Origin: an uncultured Chloroflexia bacterium
GTDB taxonomy: Bacteria > Chloroflexota > Limnocylindria > QHBO01
Direction of reading: 5' to 3'
Length of the DNA stretch: 64,000 bases
NCBI GenBank assembly: GCA_963825525.1
Contig: CAWGTN010000002.1
Location: forward strand, 1,056,001 to 1,120,000
Part shown: positions 46,205 to 55,268 of the stretch, piece by piece
Numbering within the stretch: the first letter of the stretch is position 1
Layout: every line of letters starts with the position of its first letter
Notes under the pieces: model-generated
Seen by the model: only the letters and a program-made list of their open reading frames with translations
Told to the model about the DNA's origin: nothing
Databases searched by the model: none
Translations under genes and position numbers: made by a program

Positions 46205-47207
46205 TCAGCCGTGCGGGTCGTCATCCCGGAGCAGGTCGAGAGCGTCATCCGGCCGGCGAGGATCGATCCCGAGCTCGGTGGCCGCCCGGCGCAGGCGGTA
46301 GAGGACGGTATTGCGATGGACGCCGAGTGCGCGGGCGGCCGGTGCCACGCGCCCGTTCGCGCGGGCCACGGCCACGAGGGTGTCGCGCAGCGGATCACCG
46401 CTCGACGGCCTGCTCTTCGGGAGGCGCCTGCCCCGAGCCGGTTCCGCCGCGCGGCGCCGCAGGAGCGCGCGGAGAGTGACCGCCAGCGACTCGAGTCCCA
46501 CCTCGTCGATGCGCGCGGGCGGAAGATCGTCGAACAGCCAGGCCGATGCACCCGGGCGAATCTCTCGCTCGAGGACCCACAGACCGTCGCGGGTGCGACG
46601 CGCCATGGCTCCGGCGTCCGATCGGTCGGCCAGGAGGCGCGCATGGGTGGCGGCGAAACGCGTGGCGAGCGCGCGTCCCGCAGGGCGCGGGTTGAGCGCG
46701 GCCAGGGCGCCATCCACCGTGACCGCGACGCCGCGCCGCAGGCGGGTGGCCAGCACGCCCGCCGGTGCAGCCGGCCTGCGGATCGGCGAGGGCGGCTTCG
46801 GCGCCCGCCAGACGGAGGTCGGAGGCAAAGGCCCGCAGCTCATCGGCCTCGTGCTCGAGATGGCGAACGGCCGTCGCCAGCACGCTGGCGGGCGAGGCCG
46901 CTCCGGCCAGGATCGGCAGATCGGCGCGCGCGGCATCGAGCCGCAGATCACCGTCACCTGCGATCCATACGGCCGACGGGGCGAGCGCCGCTTGGGCCAG
47001 CGCGTCCACCAGCACGTCGGCGGCCGCACCCGCCACGATCGACGGGTCGGCGATGAGCAGCTCCCCATCCGACAGCGGGGGAAGGTACGGCGTTGCGGCA
47101 CGAGTGCGCGCCACACCCCGGACGGGACGCGACAGCTGGTCGGGCGAGCCCGACACCAGCCGAGCCGCAGGGTCGACGCTGCGCCACAGGTCGAGGACGC
47201 TGGTCAC
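46205..47207 (-). CDS. PucR/CdaR-family transcriptional regulator (C-terminal HTH), +1 frameshift near 46775
   Basis: C-terminal LRDTL...VAPAARALGVHRNTVLYRLRR...LGID. The PucR-like N-terminus VTSVLDLW..RLVSG...RPVRGV is in the adjacent frame from GTG 47207. Confidence 0.8.
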
Positions 47208-48448
47208 GCTGACGCCCCGAAGGCCGACGAGAGGCGGCGGAGCTCGTCCTCCGCCCGATCGAACCGTTCGCCGCGCAGCAGCAGCTCCAGGCTCCCGGCA
47301 CGTCGGCGGACGGTGAGCCGGCGCCGAGGCAGCCAGAACCCGATGGCCAGCGCGGCGCTCATGGCCGCCGCACCGCCGAATACGATCATCACTCCCGGAT
47401 CGCGCCGCGACACGAAGGTGACCCAGGCGTCGAACGCCTGGACCTCGACCTCGACCGGACCCAGCCGCGCTCGTTCGCCCGGGCGCAGCCGCACGGTGTC
47501 GATGAGCCCATCGGCCCCGATGGCGCTGACGCCCAGTTCGTTCCGCGCCGCATCGGCCAGGGCAAGCCCCAGTGTGATGCCGGCGCTCGGCAGCTCCGCG
47601 GATCCGACGGCAGCCCCTCCCTGCGAGCCGTCGAGCGGAATGGCGGCGTCGAGCAGGGTCGCGCCGCCAAGCGTGGCCACCCGCAGGCGCACGGCCGGAC
47701 CGTAGGTCCACGGATGGACCAGGTAGCCGTCGAAGCCGGCCGGCTCGTTCACCCGCAGGATCGATCGGTCGACCGCCTCACCGTGACGCAGGAACGTCAC
47801 GGTCGTGTCGAGACGCCGCGGACGGGCATCAGGTCCGAACTCGGCATCGAACTCCTCGAGGCGCACGGCCGATGCGAACCCCGGACGAGGGGCATCCAGA
47901 AGGGCCTGGTCGCCGCGCAGCAGCGAGAAGACGACCTCGGACCCGAACGCCGATCCGATCGCGACGCCGAGCACCACCACCACGAGGGCCAGGTGGCTGC
48001 CCAGGGCCGCATAGCGCGACCATCCGCGCCGAACGCCGTGGATCGCGGCGTGCGACCGTCCCGTCTCAGTTCGTGTCCGATAGCCCGAGGCACGCAGAAC
48101 GAGGACGAGCCGCTCATCGCTCATCTCCGGCAGGGCCAGGCGCAGGGTTCCGGGTGCCGCCTGCACGGGGGTTGGCCGCCGCCACTCCCGCCACACCGTT
48201 GGCGAGCGAACCGCGACGGCCGCGATGCCGGTGAGGGCCACCAGTCCCAGCAGGACCGCGTACGGCCAGCCATCGAGGCTCGCTGGCCCGCCGGGCAACA
48301 GTGCGGCCACCGCGTTGGACGCGCCGGCCAACAGGAGCAATGCCAATCCCAGCCGTGCATCGCCGAGGAGGCGAAGTGTCCGTTCTCCCGCTCGAGCAAG
48401 GCGCTCGCCGACCGGCGTCGCCGCGGTCGCTACGGGCGACGCGCTCAC
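47204..48448 (-). CDS. Cytochrome c biogenesis protein ResB/CcsB family
   Basis: N-terminal TM segments, GSHLALVVV (conserved His), soluble domain with LRVNEP, RDPG..IVFGG C-terminal TM. Confidence 0.72.
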   Translation of the reverse strand: MSASPVATAATPVGERLARAGERTLRLLGDARLGLALLLLAGASNAVAALLPGGPASLDGWPYAVLLGLVALTGIAAVAVRSPTVWREWRRPTPVQAAPGTLRLALPEMSDERLVLVLRASGYRTRTETGRSHAAIHGVRRGWSRYAALGSHLALVVVVLGVAIGSAFGSEVVFSLLRGDQALLDAPRPGFASAVRLEEFDAEFGPDARPRRLDTTVTFLRHGEAVDRSILRVNEPAGFDGYLVHPWTYGPAVRLRVATLGGATLLDAAIPLDGSQGGAAVGSAELPSAGITLGLALADAARNELGVSAIGADGLIDTVRLRPGERARLGPVEVEVQAFDAWVTFVSRRDPGVMIVFGGAAAMSAALAIGFWLPRRRLTVRRRAGSLELLLRGERFDRAEDELRRLSSAFGASA

Positions 48449-49626
48449 GTCCGGGGTCTGGCTGCGCCGACGAGATCCTCGATCAGGTCCGCCACATCCT
48501 CGAGGCCGATCGAGATGCGCACCGTTCCCGCGGTCATGCCGGCGGCCGCCAGCTCCGCGTCGTCGAGCTGCCGATGTGACGAGCTCGCCGGATGGCTCAC
48601 CAGCGTCTCGGCGCTCCCCAGGCTCGTGGCGTGGACCGCCACGCGCACCGCGTCAAGGAACTGCTCGCCGTGTGCCTGGCCTCCCTCCAGCTCAACGGCG
48701 AGCATGCCACCGGCCATGCCCCGATGGAGGATCCGCATCGCGAGATCGTGCTGCGGATGCGAGGGCAGGCCTGGGTAGCGGACCGCCCCGACTCCGGGAG
48801 CCCGTTCGAGCGCCTCGGCCACGGCCAGGGCGTTCGACGAGTGGCGTTCCATGCGGAGCATCAGGGTCTTGAGGCCACGGAGCGCCAGGAATGCCTCGAG
48901 CGGCGCCGCATTGCCGCCGACCGTGACCGCCACGCGTCGAGCTGCCCGGATGAGATCGGCCGAGCCCGCGACGGCACCGCCCATCAGGTCGGAATGGCCG
49001 CCGATGTACTTGGTGGTCGAATGCACCACCAGGTCGGCGCCGAGCTGCAACGGGTTCGCGAGCGCCGGCGACGCGAAGGTGCTGTCCACGCAGACGAGGA
49101 CGCCATGCCGATGAGCAAGTTCCGAAAGCGTGGCAATGTCGGCGACGGCGGTCGTCGGGTTGCTGATCGTCTCGAGCCACAGGAGGCGGGTGTGTTCGCC
49201 GATCGCCGCCTCGACGGCGGCGGCATCGGTCGTGTCGACCGCGGTGTGCCTGATGCCGGATCGATCGAGGACGACGCTGGCCAGTCCGACCAAGCCGCCG
49301 TACACGGCACGGGGCATGATCAGCTCCTCGCCTGACCGAAGCATGGCGAGCACGACGGCGTGGATGGCTGCCATGCCCGATCCGGTGACGAGCGCTGCCT
49401 CGGCCCCTTCGAGCTCGGCCAGCGCATCCTCGAGCGCGGTGTGGGTCGGGTTCGAGTAGCGAGAGTACGAGTGGCCCGGGCGTGAGAACTCGAGGAGCTC
49501 CGCGAGCTCGGTCGCATCGCCCACTTCGAACGTGCTGGTCTGATAGATCGGCACGTTGACCGGCGGCTGTGGCGCCGCAGGCGCGTGACTGGCCGCGCGA
49601 ATGGCGCGTGTGGAGAAGCCCGGCAT
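48445..49626 (-). CDS. PLP-dependent cystathionine gamma-synthase/lyase family protein
   Basis: PIYQTSTF, YSRYSNPT, SGMAAI, ETISNPT, VDSTFASP, HSTTKYIGGHSD, SLGSAETL, RISIGLED. Confidence 0.9.
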   Translation of the reverse strand: MPGFSTRAIRAASHAPAAPQPPVNVPIYQTSTFEVGDATELAELLEFSRPGHSYSRYSNPTHTALEDALAELEGAEAALVTGSGMAAIHAVVLAMLRSGEELIMPRAVYGGLVGLASVVLDRSGIRHTAVDTTDAAAVEAAIGEHTRLLWLETISNPTTAVADIATLSELAHRHGVLVCVDSTFASPALANPLQLGADLVVHSTTKYIGGHSDLMGGAVAGSADLIRAARRVAVTVGGNAAPLEAFLALRGLKTLMLRMERHSSNALAVAEALERAPGVGAVRYPGLPSHPQHDLAMRILHRGMAGGMLAVELEGGQAHGEQFLDAVRVAVHATSLGSAETLVSHPASSSHRQLDDAELAAAGMTAGTVRISIGLEDVADLIEDLVGAARPRT

Positions 49627-49689
49627 GGCTGAGGAGTCTACAGGCGCATCGCGGCATCCACCGGGCGGAGCCGGTAGCATGGGCGACCC

Positions 49690-50835
49690 ATGCAACGCTT
49701 CCGTTCCCGCTCCGCGCTGCTCGCCGCCGTCGGACTCATCCTCATTCTCGCGTTGGCGATCGCCGGAGCCGTGATCCTGACCGGCACACCGGAGCCGACG
49801 CCGACACCGTCACCGACGCCGTCACCGTCCCCCAGTCCGTCGCCGAGCCCGAGCCCGTCTCCGTCCCCGAGCCCGAGCCCCTCGCCGAGCCCCACCCCGG
49901 TCGCGGTCTGCCCGATGAATGGCACGGCCATCGCCAGTCCCGAGCTTGCCGAACGCGTCCCGATCCTCGTGCAGATCGAGAACAACCCGACAGCCCGACC
50001 GCCATCCGGCCTCAACCTGGCCGACCTCGTGATCGAGGCGCCGGTCGAGGGCGACACCACGCGGTTCGCCGCGGTCTACATGTGCAGCGAGTCGGTCGAC
50101 GCCGCCGTCGGCCCCGTCCGTTCTGCGCGCTACTTCAACATCGATTACTGGCAGCAGATGGGCGCCGTGACCTTCCACTTCGGCGGCGCATCAAAGGTGT
50201 TGGCCCGCTTCAACGGCGCCGCCATGCCGTACGCGAACGGGCTGACCGGTGGATGGGGCTTCTTCTTCCGTGCCGGCCCGTGGGCCGCACCCCACAACGT
50301 GTACTTCGACGTGGATGCCGGCCGCGCCGAGCTCGAGGACGGATTCCTGGCTCCACTGGCGGAAGCCGCGGGCGAGGTGCGGGCGCCCTTCGAGTTCGAG
50401 GACGAGCCGGACCTCCCGGAGGGGCGGGCCGTTGGTGCTGTCGGACTCCAGACTTCGAGCTTCTGGCGCTTCGGCTGGGAGTGGGATGCAACCGCGGGAG
50501 CGTGGCTCCGTACCGATGGCGGAGGTGCCAACTTCGATCGGCTCAGCGGCGACCGGATCAGCGCCCGGACGGTCATCGTCCAGGTTGTCCAGCAGGACGT
50601 GCTGGTCGGTGAGAACGATCCGGGTGGATTCCCGCGCCGCTTCCAGCACCTCGTCGGCGAGGGAACCGGCGTGCTCTACGTCAACGGCCGAGCCCACGAC
50701 GTTCGGTGGAATCGCGCTGCCGCGGAGGACGTGACGAGCTGGACGTACGCGGACTCGGGCGAGCCCGTGATCCTGCCTCCAGGCCGGATCTGGTGGGAGA
50801 TCGTGCCGGTCGGCAGCGGGATCAGCGAGGGCTGA
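49690..50835 (+). CDS. DUF3048 domain membrane-anchored protein with a Pro/Ser/Thr-rich stalk
   Basis: N-terminal TM, (PS)n stalk, VQIENN..ARP.SGL..ADLVIE.PVEG, GPVRSAR, APHN. Confidence 0.85.
   Translation: MQRFRSRSALLAAVGLILILALAIAGAVILTGTPEPTPTPSPTPSPSPSPSPSPSPSPSPSPSPSPSPTPVAVCPMNGTAIASPELAERVPILVQIENNPTARPPSGLNLADLVIEAPVEGDTTRFAAVYMCSESVDAAVGPVRSARYFNIDYWQQMGAVTFHFGGASKVLARFNGAAMPYANGLTGGWGFFFRAGPWAAPHNVYFDVDAGRAELEDGFLAPLAEAAGEVRAPFEFEDEPDLPEGRAVGAVGLQTSSFWRFGWEWDATAGAWLRTDGGGANFDRLSGDRISARTVIVQVVQQDVLVGENDPGGFPRRFQHLVGEGTGVLYVNGRAHDVRWNRAAAEDVTSWTYADSGEPVILPPGRIWWEIVPVGSGISEG
49786..49899 (+). repeat. Low-complexity Pro-Ser/Pro-Thr dipeptide repeat
   Basis: Encodes TPEPTPTPSPTPSPSPSPSPSPSPSPSPSPSPSPSPTP-type run with mixed synonymous codons. 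Confidence 0.85.
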
Positions 50836-50847
50836 CGGCCGGCCCGC

Positions 50848-52395
50848 TCAGTGGTCCGGTGTCGGCCGCTCCGGATCGGCGGCTGCGGGTGACAGAAACG
50901 CGTCCATTGCCCGCCGGATCTGGTGGTCGGGGTCGAAGGAACGGCTGGCGCTGACGATACGGCGCCTGACCTCGAGCGGATCCGCGTCGTCCTCCTCCTC
51001 GTTGCGGGACGGCGGCGGAGCATCAGCCACCACGACTGGCCCCAGCTCCACGGCCACGGAACGGTCCGCCATCGCAGCGGCGGCCGGCTCAGGCTCCTCC
51101 TCCGGCGCCGCTGCGGCGACCGGGAGCGGCTGCGCGCTCTCGGCGACCACGGTGGCCGCCACGGGACCTGAACGGCGAGCCAGCAGGGCCGGGCGAGGCC
51201 GCGGGTTTCCGCTGATCTGGTTCTTCCCCTGCCGCTTCGCCTGGTACATCGCGCGATCGGCGGCGGCCATGAGGTCCTCGGCCGAGAGCCCGTCTTCCGG
51301 ATGTGACACGAGCCCGATGCTGACGCTGGTGATCGGCTCGGGTCCGGCCATCGCCATGCCGACTTCCTCGGCCCCGCCACGGATCTTCTCGGCGACCACG
51401 AAGGCACCGACGATGTCGGTTTCGGGAAGGAGCACGACAAATTCGTCACCCCCATAGCGGTACGCGCTGTCCACGGTCCGAATCGACGTGCGAATCACCC
51501 CACCGACCGCCCGAAGAACCTCGTCGCCCCGGAGGTGGCCACCGCTGTCGTTGATGGCCTTGAGGCCGTCAAGGTCGATCATCAGGACGCAGAATCCGCG
51601 GTCGCTGCGGCGCGTACGGCTCACCTCCTGCTCGAGGGTCACGAACAGCTGCGCGCGGTTGAACAGACTCGTGAGCGGGTCCGTGCGAGCCTGCTGGATG
51701 GCTCGCGCCATGGCGCGTCGCTGATGTCCGGCGTAGGCGACTGCGACGAACGCCAGCAGCCACGTTGCGCCGAGCCCGATCGAGAGCCGGAGCGAGTCCT
51801 CCGCGCCATACGTCGTCAGCTGGGGATCGAACGCTAGGACCGCGCCGAAGGCCAGCGTTGCGAGGGCGGCTGCCGTGACGCCCGCACGCGGACCGTACGC
51901 CAGCGCAGCCGCCACCGACACGAGTGCGAACAACATCGCGAACGGCGAGGACGCGAACCCGGTGAGTGCCAGCAGACCGCCGATGAGCGCGACGGCGGCG
52001 ACGATCTCCGCGAAACGAAGAAGTCGCGAGTCGGCGCTCGCGCCGAGCAGCTCGTGGAAGATCACGACGGTCACCACGGCCGCGGCGCCCAGGAGGAAGA
52101 TCGGTGCCTGATCGGCAGCGAAGGATCCGCTGATCCCCACGCCCAGCAGGACGATGGCGATCGTCAACCACCACACGACACGCAGCGTCGAGGCCGGCGC
52201 GCGGCCCTCGCCGGTGGCCGTCGTTGGCTGGAGGGCTGCGGCCGAACGGTTCGAGGCGTCACTCATGTGGAGCTCATGCTCGCCACCGGGAACGCGACGG
52301 CCCGCCAGCATGACCCCGACCAGCAGGAGCCCGGCCAGGAGCGCGGTGAGGGCGATGATGGTCTGCTCTGGTGGCACGGGAGCTGGCTTCCCCAC
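50848..52395 (-). CDS. Membrane-bound diguanylate cyclase (GGDEF)
   Basis: Multiple TM helices, TDPLTSLFNR, DLDGLKAIND, RTVD (RxxD I-site), RYGGDEF, ADRAMYQAK. Confidence 0.93.
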   Translation of the reverse strand: MGKPAPVPPEQTIIALTALLAGLLLVGVMLAGRRVPGGEHELHMSDASNRSAAALQPTTATGEGRAPASTLRVVWWLTIAIVLLGVGISGSFAADQAPIFLLGAAAVVTVVIFHELLGASADSRLLRFAEIVAAVALIGGLLALTGFASSPFAMLFALVSVAAALAYGPRAGVTAAALATLAFGAVLAFDPQLTTYGAEDSLRLSIGLGATWLLAFVAVAYAGHQRRAMARAIQQARTDPLTSLFNRAQLFVTLEQEVSRTRRSDRGFCVLMIDLDGLKAINDSGGHLRGDEVLRAVGGVIRTSIRTVDSAYRYGGDEFVVLLPETDIVGAFVVAEKIRGGAEEVGMAMAGPEPITSVSIGLVSHPEDGLSAEDLMAAADRAMYQAKRQGKNQISGNPRPRPALLARRSGPVAATVVAESAQPLPVAAAAPEEEPEPAAAAMADRSVAVELGPVVVADAPPPSRNEEEDDADPLEVRRRIVSASRSFDPDHQIRRAMDAFLSPAAADPERPTPDH

Positions 52396-52431
52396 TTTCG
52401 CCTGTGTAACCGACGTGCGTCGGCCGGGTCA

Positions 52432-52486
52432 GTATGGGACGCGGCAGGCGGATGGCGCAAACGTACTAACCCATCCGTACTACCCA
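52432..52486 (-). promoter_or_regulatory. Putative promoter of the GGDEF gene with an upstream direct repeat
   Basis: - strand TTGCGC-18nt-CATACT. Immediately upstream (+ strand): CGTACTAACCCA (52462-52473) and CGTACTACCCA (52476-52486). Confidence 0.45.
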
Positions 52487-52634
52487 GTCGTGGACCGGAC
52501 GCACCACTTGCAGGCGACGCAGGAGGGCGTCGGGGAAGCGCCGCGCCGCGACCGCGCAATTCACGTACCCTGACGAGGCGCGGTCAACGTGGCCGTGCAC
52601 CTCCAAGACGCGTTGCACCAGGGTTGCCGCACAC

Positions 52635-54140
52635 ATGAAATTCGAGGGCACGGCGCTGCGGACGCCGATGACGCGGGACCTCGTCGCCCCGCTCATGGTG
52701 GGGGCGCTCGCACTTCTCCTGCTCGTCGGGGCGGTCATCGCCGCCCGATCTTCGGCGATCGCGTTCGGTGCGTTCGGTGCCGGACTCATCCTTCTGGCTG
52801 CGTACGCCGCTTCGCGGTGGCCGCGCGCCAGCCTGGTCATCGTGGTCCTGAGCCCGCTCGTCGATCGCTACATCGTGGCGGACATCCTGCCCCCGACGCT
52901 CGAGACGGTCGCCCATCTCCTGTCCGAGGTCCTGCTCCTCGCCGTCGGGCTGGTGATCGTGGTGAGGGCATGGCTTGATGGACGCCTGACGCAGGCATTC
53001 CGCCACCCGGTCACGGTCGCGCTGGTGGCATTCACCCTGATCGCGCTGGCTGCGGCCGTCCTCAACGGCGTGCCGCCGCGCATCGCCGCCCTGGGCCTGC
53101 TCTTCACGCTGGATGCCACCGTTCTGTTCTTCCTGCCGCGGCTCGTGGGCTTTTCGCTTCGGCAGTCGACGTATGCGATCGGCGCGATGCTCGCGATCGT
53201 CACGGGTTCGGCCGTGCTCGCGATCGGCCAGGCGCTCCTGTCGCCGCGAATTCTCGGGCTCGAGCCATCGCGCGGCCGGTTCGGCGAGGTGGCACGGCTG
53301 GCGTCGATCTTCGGCGATCCGAACGTGTTCGGCGCATTCCTGGTGGTCGCGGCGCCGTTCGCGCTCTTCATGGCAACGCATCTGCCGACGCCACGCCTGC
53401 GACGCGTGGCGCTCGGGATTGCGTTCATTCTCGTTCTTGCCCTCTGGCTGAGCTACTCCCGTGGCGCATGGATCGCCATCGTCCTCGGGGTCGGAGTGGC
53501 ACTGGCACTCATCGATCGGCGCACGCTGCTCCTTGGCCTGCTGGTCGCCGTCGTCAGCTTCGGGACCGCGGCGGTCATGCCGCGCAACCTCCTGGTACCG
53601 CGGGGCAATGGCGAAGAGCCGGCGCTCATCGATTCCACCATCGACCGCGTCGGTGCCATCGGGCTCGGTGGCGATCTGCGCACCCTGTTCATCATCAACG
53701 CCATCCCGATCGTTCGCGACCACCCGCTGCTCGGCGTTGGCCCCGGTCGGTATGGCGGGGCGGTGGCCGGCAACCACGGGACGCCGATCTACGACATCTA
53801 CGGGACGAACCGCCTGTTCTGGAACCCGCTCCAGCTCACTGTCGACAACTTCTGGCTCCACATCCTGGTCGAGGTGGGGATCCTCGGCTTTGCCGCGTTG
53901 CTCGCGGCCGTCCTGATCCCCGGCATCAGGATCCTGCGCGCAGCGCGGCATGCCACGGGCTGGCGCCGAATCATGCTGGGCGGCACGGCGGCCGCGGCGG
54001 CCGGGGTTGCGGTCAGCTCACTGACCACGATGCTGCTGGAAGCGAACAGCATCGGCTTCCTGTTCTGGTTCCTCCTGGGGGTCGGCAGCCTGGTGGCAGC
54101 GGCCGCCGCGCCCGGCCGCGACGTCCCTCAGTCGAGCTGA
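52635..54140 (+). CDS. Second O-antigen ligase (Wzy_C/WaaL) family membrane protein
   Basis: FGDPNVFG, SYSRGAW, HPLLGVGPG, DNFWLHILVEVGILG; many TM segments. Confidence 0.88.
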   Translation: MKFEGTALRTPMTRDLVAPLMVGALALLLLVGAVIAARSSAIAFGAFGAGLILLAAYAASRWPRASLVIVVLSPLVDRYIVADILPPTLETVAHLLSEVLLLAVGLVIVVRAWLDGRLTQAFRHPVTVALVAFTLIALAAAVLNGVPPRIAALGLLFTLDATVLFFLPRLVGFSLRQSTYAIGAMLAIVTGSAVLAIGQALLSPRILGLEPSRGRFGEVARLASIFGDPNVFGAFLVVAAPFALFMATHLPTPRLRRVALGIAFILVLALWLSYSRGAWIAIVLGVGVALALIDRRTLLLGLLVAVVSFGTAAVMPRNLLVPRGNGEEPALIDSTIDRVGAIGLGGDLRTLFIINAIPIVRDHPLLGVGPGRYGGAVAGNHGTPIYDIYGTNRLFWNPLQLTVDNFWLHILVEVGILGFAALLAAVLIPGIRILRAARHATGWRRIMLGGTAAAAAGVAVSSLTTMLLEANSIGFLFWFLLGVGSLVAAAAAPGRDVPQSS

Positions 54141-55081
54141 CCCAGCATCACCGCGACCACGGCCAGCCCGGCCGAAACGGCGGTGAGCAGGAGCATCGCG
54201 TCACGCTGGCTCAGGCCCACCCGCAGCAGCTGATGGTGAATGTGGCCGCGATCCGCCACGAAGAAGTGCTCACCGGCTGCCGTCCGACGCACCACGGCCC
54301 AGGCGGTGTCGGCGATCGGCAGGCCCAGTGCGATGATCGGCACCCATGGCGCAACCGGGTTCACGCCGTCCTGCGTGATCGAGATGGCCAGGGCGCCGAT
54401 CACGAAGCCGAGGAACATGGAGCCGGTGTCGCCCATGATGATCGTGGCGGGATGGAGGTTGTAGGCCAGGAACCCGACCGCCGCGCCGATCATGGCGGCG
54501 ATCAGGGGCAGTGTCGGGTCCACGCCGTCCACCGCGGCGAGGAGGCCGAATGCGCCCAGCGCGGTCAGCGCCACACCGGATGCGAGTCCGTCGAGCCCGT
54601 CGATGAGATTCACGGCGTTGATGACGCCCACGATCCAGGCAACGGTGAGCGGAAGCGTGAGAACGCCGACGTTGACCATGTCCCACGGCAGGAAGAGCCA
54701 CTCGATTCTCAGTCCCATCCACCACGCGATGACGGCCGCCGCGACCTGGAACGTCAGCTTGACGAGGGCGCGCATGCCCCTGATGTCGTCGATGACGCCC
54801 ACGACGAGGAGGAGCGATGCGCCGGCCAGGATGGCGGGGGCGCGGTTCGGTCGCAGTCCGCCTACGGCGTCGAGATCGGGCGACAGGAGGATGGCGACTC
54901 CCATCGCGGTGCCGAATGCGATGGCCATGGCGACCCCGCCGAGGCGCGGGATCGGGACGGCGTGAACCTTGCGTCCCCCGGGCTGGTCGAGCCAGCTCCG
55001 TCCATGCGCGAAACCCCGAACGATCGGAGTCGCAAGCAGGGCGACGACGAGAGCCGTGGCAAACGTGAGGGAGATCAGCAT
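54128..55081 (-). CDS. Undecaprenyl-phosphate HexNAc-1-phosphate transferase (WecA/TagO family)
   Basis: DQPGGRKVH..PIPRLGG, GVIDD, NAVNLIDGLDGLA, IMGDTGS, DRGHIHH. Start ATG 55081. Confidence 0.92.
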   Translation of the reverse strand: MLISLTFATALVVALLATPIVRGFAHGRSWLDQPGGRKVHAVPIPRLGGVAMAIAFGTAMGVAILLSPDLDAVGGLRPNRAPAILAGASLLLVVGVIDDIRGMRALVKLTFQVAAAVIAWWMGLRIEWLFLPWDMVNVGVLTLPLTVAWIVGVINAVNLIDGLDGLASGVALTALGAFGLLAAVDGVDPTLPLIAAMIGAAVGFLAYNLHPATIIMGDTGSMFLGFVIGALAISITQDGVNPVAPWVPIIALGLPIADTAWAVVRRTAAGEHFFVADRGHIHHQLLRVGLSQRDAMLLLTAVSAGLAVVAVMLGQLD

Positions 55082-55115
55082 TGGCTGGGCCGATCTTACC
55101 GGGCCGGAGACCGGT

Positions 55116-55192
55116 TGGTCGGGGCGGCCGGATTCGAACCGGCGGCCTCCTGCTCCCAAAGCAGGCGATCTGCCAGACTGATCTACGCCCCG
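55116..55192 (-). tRNA. tRNA-Pro(TGG)
   Basis: Cloverleaf CGGGGCG..CGCCCCG-ACCA. Anticodon arm CCTGC-TTTGGGA-GCAGG. TTCGAAT T-loop. Upstream -10 TACGAT. Confidence 0.97.
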
Positions 55193-55268
55193 ACGTCTGG
55201 CCATCGTACCCGGACAGCGTTCGCCGAGTGCACCGAGGCGCTCCAGCGCGTGGTAGCGTGCTCGATCA

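Noticed and set aside
44520-46301. Long antisense ORF over glnA (likewise 3974..5851 over the GH13 gene)
   Set aside because: Mirror ORFs caused by strong GC3 bias, with no recognisable motifs.
49786-49899. Tandem repeat considered as CRISPR or a phase-variable SSR
   Set aside because: It is an in-frame Pro-Ser linker with varied synonymous codons. There are no spacers and no cas genes.
8553-55192. Two same-strand tRNA-Pro genes flanking the glycan region, as if attL/attR of a genomic island
   Set aside because: Both are complete tRNAs with different anticodons. No integrase is present, and housekeeping genes (serA, ppa, glnA) lie between them.
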